The notes: generated by a model from the letters alone, not told the origin. Positions 10,100 to 21,099 are shown, numbered from the stretch's first letter. The stretch is 64,000 bases of DNA from an uncultured delta proteobacterium (GCA_963804165.1 CAWDPO010000043.1:64001-128000), one strand, 5' to 3'. Translations and numbers: made by a program.

Positions 10100-10522
10100 A
10101 TGAAAAACGGCAAAGAAGGTCTCGTCACAGAGATCATGATGGGTAGTCCGGTTACACTCAAACCGGAGGACACGCTCGATCTAGCCAACGACGTGATTTC
10201 GCTCGGGCGGATACGCCACATACCCGTCGTGGACGCCGGCCGGCTCGTGGGTTTGCTGAGCGAGCGGGACCTGCTGGGCGCTGCAGCGAGTCAGATCTTT
10301 GGCTTGAAGCAGAAAAGCAAGTCGGCGCTGCTAAAAACCGTGTTGATCAGAGACGTAATGAAAAAACGGGTGGCAACGGTCACGACCGATACGTCGATCA
10401 AGGAGGCCGCTCATCTGATGCGCGATAAAAAAATAGGCTGCCTGCCCGTCGTCAGCGGCAACGCCGTCGTCGGATTAGTGACGACGACGGACATTCTGAG
10501 ATATGTCGAGAGACTGGGGTGA
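10100..10522 (+). CDS. CBS domain-pair protein
   Basis: IRHIPVV...GLLSERDLL and IGCLPVV...GLVTTTDIL. Confidence 0.93.
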   Translation: MKNGKEGLVTEIMMGSPVTLKPEDTLDLANDVISLGRIRHIPVVDAGRLVGLLSERDLLGAAASQIFGLKQKSKSALLKTVLIRDVMKKRVATVTTDTSIKEAAHLMRDKKIGCLPVVSGNAVVGLVTTTDILRYVERLG

Positions 10523-10679
10523 TGAAATGCCAACTAGCCGGATCATCAACCTTGTTCATGGACCGACGAACAATCACGATCACTTGGAGGCCGGCGCGCA
10601 GATTCGGTCGGTTCCATAATCGTGCTGGGGAATTCAAAACCACAAACTAACTTCGCTAAGCGAAGACGACGGAGGGCAT

Positions 10680-10946
10680 ATGGGCGGATTTTTGGCCGAG
10701 AAACACGTGCTCACGAGAGAACGGGTGAAAGAAATTTTCCGCAACAAAGAATACTCCTATTACGAAGAAAAGGTGAACCTTATGGAGGTTAGAGACGACT
10801 CGTTGCTGTTGAAAATTTCCTTCCTGCTCGAATACAAAAATCACATGATCTCTATCGAAGAGAAAGAACCGATCGCTGTCCCGTTTAAAGATTTCAGAGT
10901 CGAAGACTGGGGCGATGGAGTTCAAAAAATCGCGGATATCGAATAG
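10680..10946 (+). CDS. hypothetical protein
   Basis: 88-aa ORF with RBS GGAGG and globular composition; no recognised motif. Confidence 0.6.
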   Translation: MGGFLAEKHVLTRERVKEIFRNKEYSYYEEKVNLMEVRDDSLLLKISFLLEYKNHMISIEEKEPIAVPFKDFRVEDWGDGVQKIADIE

Positions 10947-10972
10947 TCTTCCGTAATGGCTCAATCTTGCCT

Positions 10973-11254
10973 ATGTTATGTGATTCTCACAGAGACAGGC
11001 AACCTCCTGAATTTGCTAAGCTGCGGGACTGTCTCTCTGCAACCTGGGTCACCGCCGGCGTCCTTACGAAGCTGGCTAAGCATCTTGCTATACTTGCCAG
11101 TCTCACGATCCTAGGCGAATCCACGGGTCGAATCGCCGTCGGCCAACTCGCCATCTTCATTCTTATCGTCCTGGCCGCCTTCTCCCACACGCTCGGACGC
11201 ACGCTCCGGTTGCACTTGCGTAGGCAAACCGCCTTGAGCAAGAGCGTGCCATGA
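10973..11254 (+). CDS. small two-TM membrane protein coupled to the P-type ATPase
   Basis: Two hydrophobic segments; stop overlaps the ATPase start (ATGA); start uncertain. Confidence 0.45.
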   Translation: MLCDSHRDRQPPEFAKLRDCLSATWVTAGVLTKLAKHLAILASLTILGESTGRIAVGQLAIFILIVLAAFSHTLGRTLRLHLRRQTALSKSVP

Positions 11255-14200
11255 TCGCCGAGCGCCTTGAAGCAGCAAAGATTGTCTTCGGTCTTAAGGG
11301 AAATCTTTCTGAAGTCATCGATATCCTCTGCCGTCGCTCCAACCTGTCTGATCTCGCCGCCCGATTTCGCTCTCACAAACCGGACAAAGGAACCGAGCGC
11401 TACAGTTACCTCGGCGACGGCATCGCCGTGCCCCATCTGCGTATCGACAATTTGCCGGCCCCCGAGTTGATCCTCGGGCTTTCGCCTGAAGGTCTTACCT
11501 TCAACAATAATAAAATCCATGTTGTATTGCTCCTGGCTACGCCCGCGGACCAGCCGGCAGAGCACCTGCAACTCTTGCAGCGAGTCTGCTCGCTGCTGCC
11601 GGCGGTACGCGATGAGCTGCTGGCGCAACGCGATGCGGGCCGGGTGCTCCGACTCATTGCGCGTGCCGAGCAGCAATCCGCTTTGCCGACTTATCTGAAT
11701 CTCACTCAGGAACAGGTCGGTTTCGAGCTCGAAACCGACCTCGGCAATGGTTTATCCACTGCCGAAGCGAGCAGCCGCCTGGCGCACTACGGTCGCAATG
11801 TTTTGCAGCGCGTTCGCCACGAGTCCTGGCATCTCAAGCTATTGCGCAACTTGTTTAGCTTTTTCGCCGTGCTGCTCTGGATAGCCGCCTTGCTCTGCTT
11901 TGTTCCCGGTGTCGACTTACCCCAGCTCGGCATCGCAATTCTGGTGGTCATCCTGGTCAACGGGCTTTTCGCCTTCATGCAAGAATATAAATCGGACCGC
12001 GCCCTGGAAATGTTGCAGCAACTGATCGGTCAAAAGTGCCGTGTCATACGCGACGGAGCGTTGTCGGAGATCGACGCCGGGGAGCTCGTGCCTGGAGATC
12101 TCATCATGCTCGAAGAAGGCGACTTGGTGCCGGCCGATTCGCGCTTGCTCGAAGCCTTTGAAGTGGAAGTCGACAACTCATCGCTCACCGGCGAATCGAC
12201 GCCTGCGCGCCGCTACAAATCCGACCAGCCGGTTTTGATTTCCGGTAAATTCCTGTGGATCGAGCTGCCGAATATTGTCTTCGCCGGCACTTCGCTGCTG
12301 CGCGGCCGCGCCCGCGCGGTGGTTTTCGGCACGGGGATGAATTCAGAGGTCGGCAAGATCGCCAACCTCACGCAAGATATCCAAAGCGAGCCGAGCCCGC
12401 TGCAAAAACAATTGCGTGGCACGGTCTACGCGATCGCCGCCCTCGCCGGCGGCCTGGGCTTGGTATTTTTGTTTTTGGGCTGGCTCGTCGGCGGACTGAC
12501 GTTTCTCGAAGCTTTCGTGTTTTTCATCGGCCTTTTCGTCGCCAACGTGCCCGAAGGGCTGCTACCGACTGTCACGCTGTCACTCGCGATGGGCGTGCAG
12601 CGTATGGCCAAGCGCCACGCTCTGGTAAAAAGCCTGCCGTCGGTGGAAACCCTGGGATGTACGACCGTCATCTGCTGCGACAAGACCGGCACACTGACGC
12701 AGAATCTCATGATGGCCAACGAGGTCGCCGTGGACGGCAAGTTTGTCGAAATCACCGGGGTGGGTTACCGGCCGCGCGGCGAATTTCTCCAGGACGGCAA
12801 AGCGCTCTCCCTCGATGGAATCTCCCAATGGAGCACGCTGCGGCGCCTGCTCGACTGCGCGTTTATTTGTAATAACGCCAAGGTCGAACCAAGCGACGCC
12901 GATTACCGCGTGATCGGCGATCCCACTGAAGGCGCTCTGATTTGCCTAGCCGAAAAGGCCGGCGTGCGCGGCACGCATCAACGCTTGCATCTCAATCCTT
13001 TCGAGTCGATCCGCAAAAGAATGAGCGTGGTAGTGAAACCGTATCGCCAACTTGAACCGACCATTTACGTCAAAGGCGCTCCGGTGGAGACCCTGCAACA
13101 GTGCGATCGCATTCACTGGGGCGACGAGGTGCGTTCACTGACGGACTCGGATCGGCAAAGAATCCTTGCAGAAAATGACGCCATGGCCAATCGCGGCTTG
13201 CGCGTGCTCGCGTTCGCGTATCGCGACGGCGTGGAATTGAACGGCGCTCCCTACACGACGACGGATGTCGAGACGAGCCTGGTTTACCTAGGCTTGGTGG
13301 CGCTCTCCGATCCGGTGCGGCCCGAAGTGCCGGAAGCGATTCACGCCTGCCATACAGCGGGAATTCGCGTCATCATGGTGACCGGCGATTACGCGCTCAC
13401 GGCTGCCAGTATCGGCACACAAATCGGTCTCGGAGAGTCTGCTCCTATGCCGATTTTCACCGGCGCTCAGGTCGCCGAGATGGCCGATGAGCGGCTGGTA
13501 AAAATTCTTACCCAAGGTGAAACGATCTTTGCCCGCGTCGCGCCGGAGCATAAATTGCGCGTCGTATCTATCCTCAAACAAATGGGCGAGATCGTCGCAG
13601 TGACCGGCGACGGTGTCAATGACGCGCCGGCATTGAAGAAAGCCGATATCGGCATCGCCATGGGGTTACGCGGTAACGACGTCGCCAAAGAGGCTTCGCG
13701 CATGATTTTGACCGACGACAACTTCAGCTCCATCGTCGCCGCCATCGAAGAGGGCCGCGCCATTTTCGACAACATCAAACGCTTTGCCGCCTACGTCCTC
13801 AACAGCAACCCGCAGGAAATGTATCCGTACATTTTCTGGGTACTGTTCCCTGACATGCCGCTGGCGATGACGATCATGGGCGTGTTGGCGGTCGACGTCG
13901 GAACCGATCTGATTCCGGCGATGGGCTTGGGCATCGAGCCGCCGGAAGAAGGGATCATGGAGCGTCCGCCGCGGCGGCGCGACGAAAAGCTATTATCGAT
14001 TAATTTTGTCCTGCGCTCCTACTTCGTGCACGGAACACTGCTCGCCCTCAGCTGCTATGCGACTTACTATTATATGGGCTGGGTGCTTGGCACATGGCGT
14101 CCCGGCAAGAGTCTCAGCGCCATGCCGGCGAGTCCGTCCGGACTCCAATTCGCGGCAGCATCCGCTGCTTATTTGCAGACGCTCACCGCTTACTTTTTCC

Positions 14201-14769
14201 CGACGGTCACCACGCAGATCGCCAATGTGCTCTGCAAGCGCTCGTGGCGTAGCTCGCTCTTTTCAATTAACTTTTTGAACCCTGCGCGCCGCCAAGAAGC
14301 GCTGGAAGCGATTGCGACGTGGCGCCCGCCGCACTATACGGCGCGAGTGCGCATCGACTACCATGTGAAAGGGGCGACGGAATTTGACATGGCGCGCGCC
14401 TTTTTCGCGCTCGCGGGCGAGCTGATTGTCCTGCCGTTCCGATTCATTTGGCTGCTCTTGTTGCAATCGCTGACGCGCCTCGAGCGCCCGATCATCGTTC
14501 CGTGCACCACCTGGCTCGCGCGTTTTCTCGAACGCCACTACATTATCTTTAATTTCATCTCTAACCCGCTCATCGATCTTGGCATCTTGTTCGAGCTTGT
14601 GCTTTGCTATCTCTTCTTCTACACGTCGCTCGCCGATATCTACTACTTCGCGCCTGTACCGTGGCATGTCTATCTCTTCGCATTTCATGGGACGGTGGTG
14701 CTGTTCGCCTTCGAAGAGACAAAGAAATACTACCGGCGGAAAGGCTACAAATTAGAGTTTTTGGCATAG
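11251..14769 (+). CDS. P-type cation ATPase (P2C, Na+/K+-ATPase-like) with N-terminal PTS EIIA domain
   Basis: LGDGIAVPH (EIIA phospho-His motif); VDNSSLTGES, VANVPEGLLPTVT, CCDKTGTLT, TGDGVNDAPAL, NSNPQE and DVGTD motifs. Confidence 0.92.
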   Translation: MIAERLEAAKIVFGLKGNLSEVIDILCRRSNLSDLAARFRSHKPDKGTERYSYLGDGIAVPHLRIDNLPAPELILGLSPEGLTFNNNKIHVVLLLATPADQPAEHLQLLQRVCSLLPAVRDELLAQRDAGRVLRLIARAEQQSALPTYLNLTQEQVGFELETDLGNGLSTAEASSRLAHYGRNVLQRVRHESWHLKLLRNLFSFFAVLLWIAALLCFVPGVDLPQLGIAILVVILVNGLFAFMQEYKSDRALEMLQQLIGQKCRVIRDGALSEIDAGELVPGDLIMLEEGDLVPADSRLLEAFEVEVDNSSLTGESTPARRYKSDQPVLISGKFLWIELPNIVFAGTSLLRGRARAVVFGTGMNSEVGKIANLTQDIQSEPSPLQKQLRGTVYAIAALAGGLGLVFLFLGWLVGGLTFLEAFVFFIGLFVANVPEGLLPTVTLSLAMGVQRMAKRHALVKSLPSVETLGCTTVICCDKTGTLTQNLMMANEVAVDGKFVEITGVGYRPRGEFLQDGKALSLDGISQWSTLRRLLDCAFICNNAKVEPSDADYRVIGDPTEGALICLAEKAGVRGTHQRLHLNPFESIRKRMSVVVKPYRQLEPTIYVKGAPVETLQQCDRIHWGDEVRSLTDSDRQRILAENDAMANRGLRVLAFAYRDGVELNGAPYTTTDVETSLVYLGLVALSDPVRPEVPEAIHACHTAGIRVIMVTGDYALTAASIGTQIGLGESAPMPIFTGAQVAEMADERLVKILTQGETIFARVAPEHKLRVVSILKQMGEIVAVTGDGVNDAPALKKADIGIAMGLRGNDVAKEASRMILTDDNFSSIVAAIEEGRAIFDNIKRFAAYVLNSNPQEMYPYIFWVLFPDMPLAMTIMGVLAVDVGTDLIPAMGLGIEPPEEGIMERPPRRRDEKLLSINFVLRSYFVHGTLLALSCYATYYYMGWVLGTWRPGKSLSAMPASPSGLQFAAASAAYLQTLTAYFFPTVTTQIANVLCKRSWRSSLFSINFLNPARRQEALEAIATWRPPHYTARVRIDYHVKGATEFDMARAFFALAGELIVLPFRFIWLLLLQSLTRLERPIIVPCTTWLARFLERHYIIFNFISNPLIDLGILFELVLCYLFFYTSLADIYYFAPVPWHVYLFAFHGTVVLFAFEETKKYYRRKGYKLEFLA

Positions 14770-15269
14770 CCAAAATGGTCGGCTGGCAAACGCTGCCCAT
14801 CTGAGGTCAATTTTCGGCGGACGGGCACCCGCCTCTGAGCGTTATTTTCCTTTTCCACCGGCACGACCAACACGGGACACGCCGCCCCTCTCAGGATTTT
14901 ATCGGTGACGCTGCCGATCAGCATTCGGGACAGCCCACTGCGGCCATGGGATGACATAACGATCAGATCGACGTGTTCGCTATCCGCGCAGTCAAGGATC
15001 GCCCCGTACGCTTCGCCGGCATCGACCACTTTGTGAATTCTTAGACCGCCGCTGACATCGGCGAGTTTTTCAGCGACAAACTTATCAAGCCGCTCTCTGT
15101 GGCGCTCCATCTCCTGCTTGTTGATGGTATTGGTTTCATCCAATAACACGACATTGAAGATGATCAGCTCCGCGCCGACCTCTTTGGCCAGTTGACACGC
15201 GTAACGCACTCCTGCAGACGAGAGCTCGGAAAAGTCCGTCGGTGCGAGAAGTTTTTTTAATGTAGCCAT
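14745..15269 (-). CDS. universal stress protein (single domain)
   Basis: LLAPTDFS...MSSHGRSGLSRMLIGSVTDK. Confidence 0.92.
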   Translation of the reverse strand: MATLKKLLAPTDFSELSSAGVRYACQLAKEVGAELIIFNVVLLDETNTINKQEMERHRERLDKFVAEKLADVSGGLRIHKVVDAGEAYGAILDCADSEHVDLIVMSSHGRSGLSRMLIGSVTDKILRGAACPVLVVPVEKENNAQRRVPVRRKLTSDGQRLPADHFGYAKNSNL

Positions 15270-15325
15270 ACGGTTCTCCCTTCTGTGTTCGGCTAATAAA
15301 TAGATCTCGACGCTGGCAGTGAAGA

Positions 15326-15812
15326 TTACAGTTTATAGCCGATCTTGCGTAGCAGCTCTTTGCGCCAGACGATGCCCGCATCATCTTCGATGCCCTGGCT
15401 CTTGCCGCCGTCGATGACACCCAGGATGCCGCGGCCTAAGATCGGTTTCCGCGATCACGACTTCCACCGGATTCGCCGTGGCGCAGAAGATGCGGCAAAC
15501 CTCGGGAACCATTTTAATCGTATTCAGCACGTTAACGGGGAAAAAGCCGGCGCCGAGAAACACAATGAAGCTGTGGCCGGCGGAAAGAGCGAGCGCGTTG
15601 CGCTTGGCCAAATCAATCATCGATTCCTCTGTCCCCGTCCAGCGAACCAGCAGCGCGCCCGAGGCTTCGCAGAAGGCGAGACCGAATTTGATGCCAGGAA
15701 CACTTTGCACCAACGCTTCGTGAATATCCTCGACAGTCTTGATGAAGTGGCTTTGGCCCAGGATAAAATTAACGTCGCCGGGCTTGTCGATTTTCACCGT
15801 CGTGAGTTGCAT
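15326..15812 (-). CDS. adenosine-specific kinase / AMP-binding family (DUF355-like); one frameshift near 15440
   Basis: NFILGQSHFIKTVED...FGLAFCEASG...FCATANP; continues in another frame as GRGILGVIDG...RKELLRKIGYKL*. Confidence 0.85.
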
Positions 15813-15921
15813 CGCGTCGCTCCTTCCAAACATACCGCCCCGATTGCCAGTGCAGAATCGGCGGAAGAATTGTCATCACACGCAACCAATTCGAACTGAT
15901 AGCGAATGCGGCGGTGGTGTT

Positions 15922-16795
15922 TCAAGCCGCCCGGATCAGTAGCACGGGATCGCGCGAGTGTTGGATGACTTTTTCCGCGACGCTGCCCAACACCCAGCGT
16001 CCGATTCCCGACCGCCCGTGAGTTGACATAGCGATCAAATTGTTCGGCGTTCTCAGGGCGATGTCGATGATCTCCCCGGCGGCGTCACCTTGGATGGCGG
16101 TTCCGATAACCCGCTCGAATCGGTCGGCGCGCAGTCCCGCGACTTTGCCCTCCAGGTATATCTCCGCCTCTTTTTTGAGTTCCTCACGATACACAGTCGG
16201 GCCCTGGGCGATCACGCCGTCGGCGAGGAGGTACGCGTCGGTCGGCAACGTGTAAGTGCGCAGGAGGTGAATCTCGAGCTTCAATGCCTTCGCCAGCGCG
16301 CAAACGTGCGGCAGAGTCTTTTCTGCCAGGCCGGAACCATCTAACGGTACAAAGGCCGTGTCCAGCCTGACCGGCGCCGCGGAGTCGGCGCCTTCGCTGG
16401 GGCGAATCAACAGCAGCGGATTCGCCGCGGTTTGAATCACTTTGCTGGCAACGCTGCCGATCAGCCAACGGCGCGGCCCCGACAATCCGTGCGTCGCCAT
16501 GGCGATGAGACAGGAAGGGTCAGCGCTGGCACGATCGATGATCACTTCCGCCGGCTTGCCGACCTCGACTGCTGTGGCGACCGGTACAGAAGAGGAGCGA
16601 AAATATTTCGCCGCGGTTTCTTCCAGGTACTGATCGTCCGGCTGAGGCGGGCGAAAAGGGCGGCCGCGCGTCCGGATCCGTAATGCGCAATAATTCCACA
16701 GGGGCGCGATACGCCTCGGCAATCACCCGCGCGTAGGGAAGGACCTGCTCGGAAAAATTTGAGCCATCCAACGGCACCAGCATTTTTTTGTACAT
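15922..16795 (-). CDS. tandem (two-domain) universal stress protein; frameshifted near 16640-16700
   Basis: MYKKMLVPLDGS N-terminus and two THG..G....GSV motifs split across ORFs 16520..16813 and 15922..16722. Confidence 0.88.
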
Positions 16796-16826
16796 GCCCT
16801 TACTCCAAACCAAAACCAGCGGTTCG

Positions 16827-17732
16827 TCAACTGGGCGCCCGCAAGATCAGGACCGGGTCGCCCGAGTGGCGCACCACCGTCTCGGTGACGCTACCCAACA
16901 CCCAACGCTTCACTCCCGATCGTCCATGGGTGCAGATGGCGATGAGGCTGTCCGGTCTGCCGCGCGCATATTTGATGATTTCATCGGCGCTGAACCCTTC
17001 CTTGGATGCGCACGAAACTCTTTCCACGCCGGCTTTTCTTAAGACGTCAGCCTTCTCTTCCAAGTATTGGCTTACGTCGGTACCGATCGCGGCGCCTAAT
17101 TCATCTTGATTGACGGTATAGCTTCCGCCAGCGCCGTAAATGTCATAAGGAACGCCGTACGCGCGAAATAGAATCACCTCAAGGCCGAGTGTCTTGGCGA
17201 GCTCGACGACGGCCGGCAGCGCCTGCTCGGCCAAAGCAGAACCATCCAAGGGCACCACGATGGAGTTGAGAAGCGCTTGCCCGCCGGCACGCGACTCAGG
17301 CGCGGGCCGGACCAAGAGCAACGGATTGCTTGTGCCACGCAAGACCTTTTCCGCCACGCTCCCCAGCAACCAGCGATGGATACCGGAACGGCCATGCGTC
17401 GCCATCATGATTAACGTGCCTGGATCGGCCGCCGCCGCGTCAATGATGCTGTTCGCGGCACCTCCGTTTTCCAGTCTTGACTGGCAGCCATCCGGGAAAA
17501 CATTCTTGGCGACTCTTGCCAAATACTCGCCGCACCGGCGCGTCTCTTCATCGACCAAATTGTTCATGTAGAATCGCTCGATCGTCGCAAGACTGCGTGC
17601 GAGCTCCGCCGTGTCGACCACGGCAATCAATTCCACCGGGAGCTCTAATTGAGTGGACCAAGAGCGCGCGAGGGGCAACACGGCCTCGGCGGTTTTCGAT
17701 CCGTCCAACGGAATAAGAATCTTTTTATACAT
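16827..17732 (-). CDS. tandem universal stress protein
   Basis: Two PLDGS and two THGRSG...LGSV motifs; intact. Confidence 0.95.
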   Translation of the reverse strand: MYKKILIPLDGSKTAEAVLPLARSWSTQLELPVELIAVVDTAELARSLATIERFYMNNLVDEETRRCGEYLARVAKNVFPDGCQSRLENGGAANSIIDAAAADPGTLIMMATHGRSGIHRWLLGSVAEKVLRGTSNPLLLVRPAPESRAGGQALLNSIVVPLDGSALAEQALPAVVELAKTLGLEVILFRAYGVPYDIYGAGGSYTVNQDELGAAIGTDVSQYLEEKADVLRKAGVERVSCASKEGFSADEIIKYARGRPDSLIAICTHGRSGVKRWVLGSVTETVVRHSGDPVLILRAPS

Positions 17733-17759
17733 CCCGACCACCTCTCCCATCACCGTCGT

Positions 17760-18665
17760 TCACTCCGCCCGCACCACAAGCACCGGGTCGTCACAATGGC
17801 GCGCGACCTTTTCCGTCACACTGCCCAGCACCCACCGTTTCACACCCGAGTAACCGTGGGTCGTGATCGCGACAAGACTGTTTGGCTGGCTTCGGGTAAG
17901 AGCGATGATCTCCTCCGCGGCAGAACCCTCCAACAGCATGGATGAGACCTTTGCCAATCCTTTCCTCTTGAGTTCTTCGACCTTGCCATCCAAATACTTT
18001 CGGCCCGCATCTTTGAGCTGTGCCGCCAGACTCCTATAGTCCGGGGTGGAGTAGTCTTCAGTGCCGAAACAAGCGGATAGAGGAACGTGATAGGCATGAG
18101 CGAGGATGATCTTGAGCTGCAGCACTTTGGCGAGCTCTGTGACGTCGCGAAAGACAGTCTCAGCCAACGGAGAAGTGTCCAGCGGCACAATGACGGTATC
18201 GAATTTGACGGTGCCGTCGCTGCGTCCGCCTGCGCCGGCGCGGACGAGCAGCAAAGGATTCGTGCTGCCGCGAAGAACCTTCTCGGCCACGCTTCCGAGG
18301 AGCCACCGGCTCATGCCCGTCCGCCCATGAGTGCCCATCGCGACCAACATACTCTTGTCTTGGGCCGCCATGTCGATGATGGCCACTGCCGGGGTACCAA
18401 TCTCGACACGCCAAGCAGCGGCGTTTTCGGGGAACGTTGCGCTCACCCGCGCCAGGTAGGTTTCGCTCGCGCGTCTCCCGTCTTCGGTCAATTTACCGAC
18501 GTAACGTGGGTCATGGTTGAGACCTGAAACCGCAATAGCGGCGGGGTCAACAACGCCTAACAGCTCGACGGGCAGTTTGAGCCACCCTGCTAAGAAGCGC
18601 GCATAGGGCAGAACTTGTTCGGCTACTGTGGAGCCGTCCAACGGCACGAGGATTTTGCTGTACAT
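17760..18665 (-). CDS. tandem universal stress protein
   Basis: MYSKILVPLDGS; two USP domains; intact. Confidence 0.95.
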   Translation of the reverse strand: MYSKILVPLDGSTVAEQVLPYARFLAGWLKLPVELLGVVDPAAIAVSGLNHDPRYVGKLTEDGRRASETYLARVSATFPENAAAWRVEIGTPAVAIIDMAAQDKSMLVAMGTHGRTGMSRWLLGSVAEKVLRGSTNPLLLVRAGAGGRSDGTVKFDTVIVPLDTSPLAETVFRDVTELAKVLQLKIILAHAYHVPLSACFGTEDYSTPDYRSLAAQLKDAGRKYLDGKVEELKRKGLAKVSSMLLEGSAAEEIIALTRSQPNSLVAITTHGYSGVKRWVLGSVTEKVARHCDDPVLVVRAE

Positions 18666-18694
18666 GGCTCTTCGCTCCAAACGTGGCCGAATTG

Positions 18695-19608
18695 TCAACT
18701 GGGCGCGCGTAAAATCAAGACCGGATCGCCTGAATGGCGCACCACCGTTTCGGTCACGCTGCCCAACACCCAGCGCTTCACGCCCGAACGTCCATGGGTG
18801 CACATGGCGACGAGGTTGTCAGGACGTACGGCGCGCGAATGAAATAATCTCGTCTGGCCGAGACCCTCCTTGACGACCAAAGTTACTTTTTCCAGTCCGT
18901 GTTTTTTCAGCTCCGTGCCTTTTGTTTCGATATACTCAAGAGCCTCGGCTTTTAAGCGTCGCAAGAAAAGTCTCGAGCTGTGTCGCATCGTAAAACCCTT
19001 CGCCCGACGAATAGGCGCCGTAGGGAACTCCGTAGACGCGCAGAAGAATGACTTCCAGGTCGAGTTTCTTGGCGATCTCTTCCACGGATGGCAGAACGCT
19101 CTCCGCTAACTCGGAACCATCCAGTGGAATGACGATAGCCTTTAGTGCCGCCATGTCCCACGGCGGAGTTTCCTCCTTCGCCCGTACCAATAACAACGGA
19201 TTTGCTGCCGCTCGTAGAACTTTCTCCGCCACACTGCCGACCAACCAGCGGTTGAGCCCTGAGCGGCCGTGAGTCGCCATGGCGATCAGCGTTGACTTTT
19301 CCTTCGCCGCCGATTCGACAATCACCTCGGCGGCTTTCCCTTTTCCAACTCGATACTGCACGCATCCCGTAGGAAAATTCTTAGCGATGCCTTTTAAATA
19401 ATCGTCGTACCGTCGCGTCTCACCCTCGATCAATGTGTCGAGAAACAAACCCTTCGGCCGCGGAAACATTGCGGGTCATCTCCGCCACGTCCACCACCGC
19501 CAACAACTCGATGGGAACCTGCAGATTCCTAGCAAAACATCGAGCAAAGGGCAGGACATTTTCCGCGGTCTTGGAACCGTCCAGCGGCACGAGGATTTTT
19601 TTGTACAT
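18695..19608 (-). CDS. tandem universal stress protein; several frameshifts
   Basis: USP segments across ORFs 19420..19623, 18936..19469 and 18695..18988. Confidence 0.88.
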
Positions 19609-19634
19609 CACCATTACCTCCATTCGGGTCCAGA

Positions 19635-20541
19635 TCAGCCGGCCCGCAGCACCAAAACCGGATCGCTGCTGTGGCGCACGACGGTTTCGGTGATGCTACC
19701 GAGCACCCATCGTCGCACGCCCGATCGCCCGTGAGAACACATGGCGATCAAACCGTCCGACGTATTACGCGCCATAGCGATGATCTCATCGCCGGCGAAG
19801 CCTTCTTTGGTCGCGAAGGAGACCTTTCCCACGCCGAGCTTTTTGACCTCAGCGACCTTTTTTTCGAGGTATTCGTTCGCTTCGGCGCGCACGCCGGCGA
19901 TTAGGTTGTCGTAGTTGCCCGCATAGTAACCCTCGTCACCCGCATAGGTGTTGTAGGGAATATGGTAGGCGCGGAACAATACCACTTCGAGGTCGAGTTT
20001 TTTTGCCGTCTCAGCGACCATCGGCAGCACGCTCTCTGCCAACGGTCGAACCGTCCAGCGGGACAATGATGTTCTTGAACACCACCTCGGCCGCCGGTGA
20101 CGCTTCGTCCGCCACGCGCACCAACAGCAATGGATTCACGCTACCGCGCAGAACTTTCTCGGCAACGCTGCCTAACAAGAACCGGTTAAGCCCTGAGCGG
20201 CCGTGAGTCGCCATCGTAATCAGCAGTCCCTTGTCCGCCGCGGCTTTCTCGATAATGGCGTCTTCGGCACGGTCTTTCTCGACCGTGCACGTGACGTTTA
20301 CACCGGGAAATGTATTGGCTATCAGTCGCAGATAGGATGTGCTGTTACGCATCCCATCTTCGATCATGGTATCGAGAAACCGCGCTTTTTCTGCGGCCAT
20401 GTGCGTCGCCATTTCGGCGATGTCGATGACGGCCAGAAGCTCAACCGGTATCTTGAATTTGCCTGCGAAGTAACGAGCGTATGGCAGGACCTTTTCCGCC
20501 GTTTTGGACCCGTCCAACGGGATCAGAATCTTGCTATACAT
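19635..20541 (-). CDS. tandem universal stress protein; frameshift near 20045
   Basis: ORFs 20011..20541 and 19635..20066 join at PLDGS/LAESVLP. Confidence 0.9.
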
Positions 20542-20601
20542 ATTTGTCTCCTCGTCTCCTCAACGGTTGCCAATTGCCCTACACCCGTGCTTGCGTTGCG
20601 C

Positions 20602-21099
20602 CTACTCGACTTTCACCTTGACCTCTTTGGCCTTAGCCTCTTCGGTCTTAGGCATCCGGACTTCCAGCACGCCATTCTTAAATGTCGCTTTCACCTTGTC
20701 CGCATGAACGTCCTTGGGCAGTTCGAGGGTTCTGAAGAACGAACCATAGCTCCGTTCGGAACGATAGTAGTTCTCTTCCTTGGTCTCTTCCGCTTTTTTC
20801 TTTTCGCCCTTGATCGTCAGCGTGTGATCCGTGAGTTTCACTTCGATGTTGTCTTTATCCATGCCTGGGATTTCGGCTTTGACCACGATGTCGTCTTTCT
20901 CTTCGAACACATCGACGGCCGGGGCTCTCACATCCAGCTCGTCGGTTCGGAACAATCTCTCCGGCCACCAGGGTCTAACTCTTCGCCCGAAGAAATCCTC
21001 CATCATGCGATCCATATCCCGTTCCCACCGGGTTAGATCCATGAAGGGTCGCCACGGGGTGACCGCCTTAGTTTCTTTTTCTTTTGTTTTGTCCGCCAT
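20602..21099 (-). CDS. Hsp20/alpha-crystallin small heat shock protein
   Basis: PAVDVFE...AEIPGM...ERSYGSFFRTLELP...FKNGVLEV; RBS AAGGAGG. Confidence 0.97.
   Translation of the reverse strand: MADKTKEKETKAVTPWRPFMDLTRWERDMDRMMEDFFGRRVRPWWPERLFRTDELDVRAPAVDVFEEKDDIVVKAEIPGMDKDNIEVKLTDHTLTIKGEKKKAEETKEENYYRSERSYGSFFRTLELPKDVHADKVKATFKNGVLEVRMPKTEEAKAKEVKVKVE

Noticed and set aside
10937-10950. Sigma-54-like TGGCTCAATCTTGC upstream of the ATPase operon
   Set aside because: GG-to-GC spacing is one base short, and sigma-54 needs exact spacing. It could be an indel error, so it was not counted.
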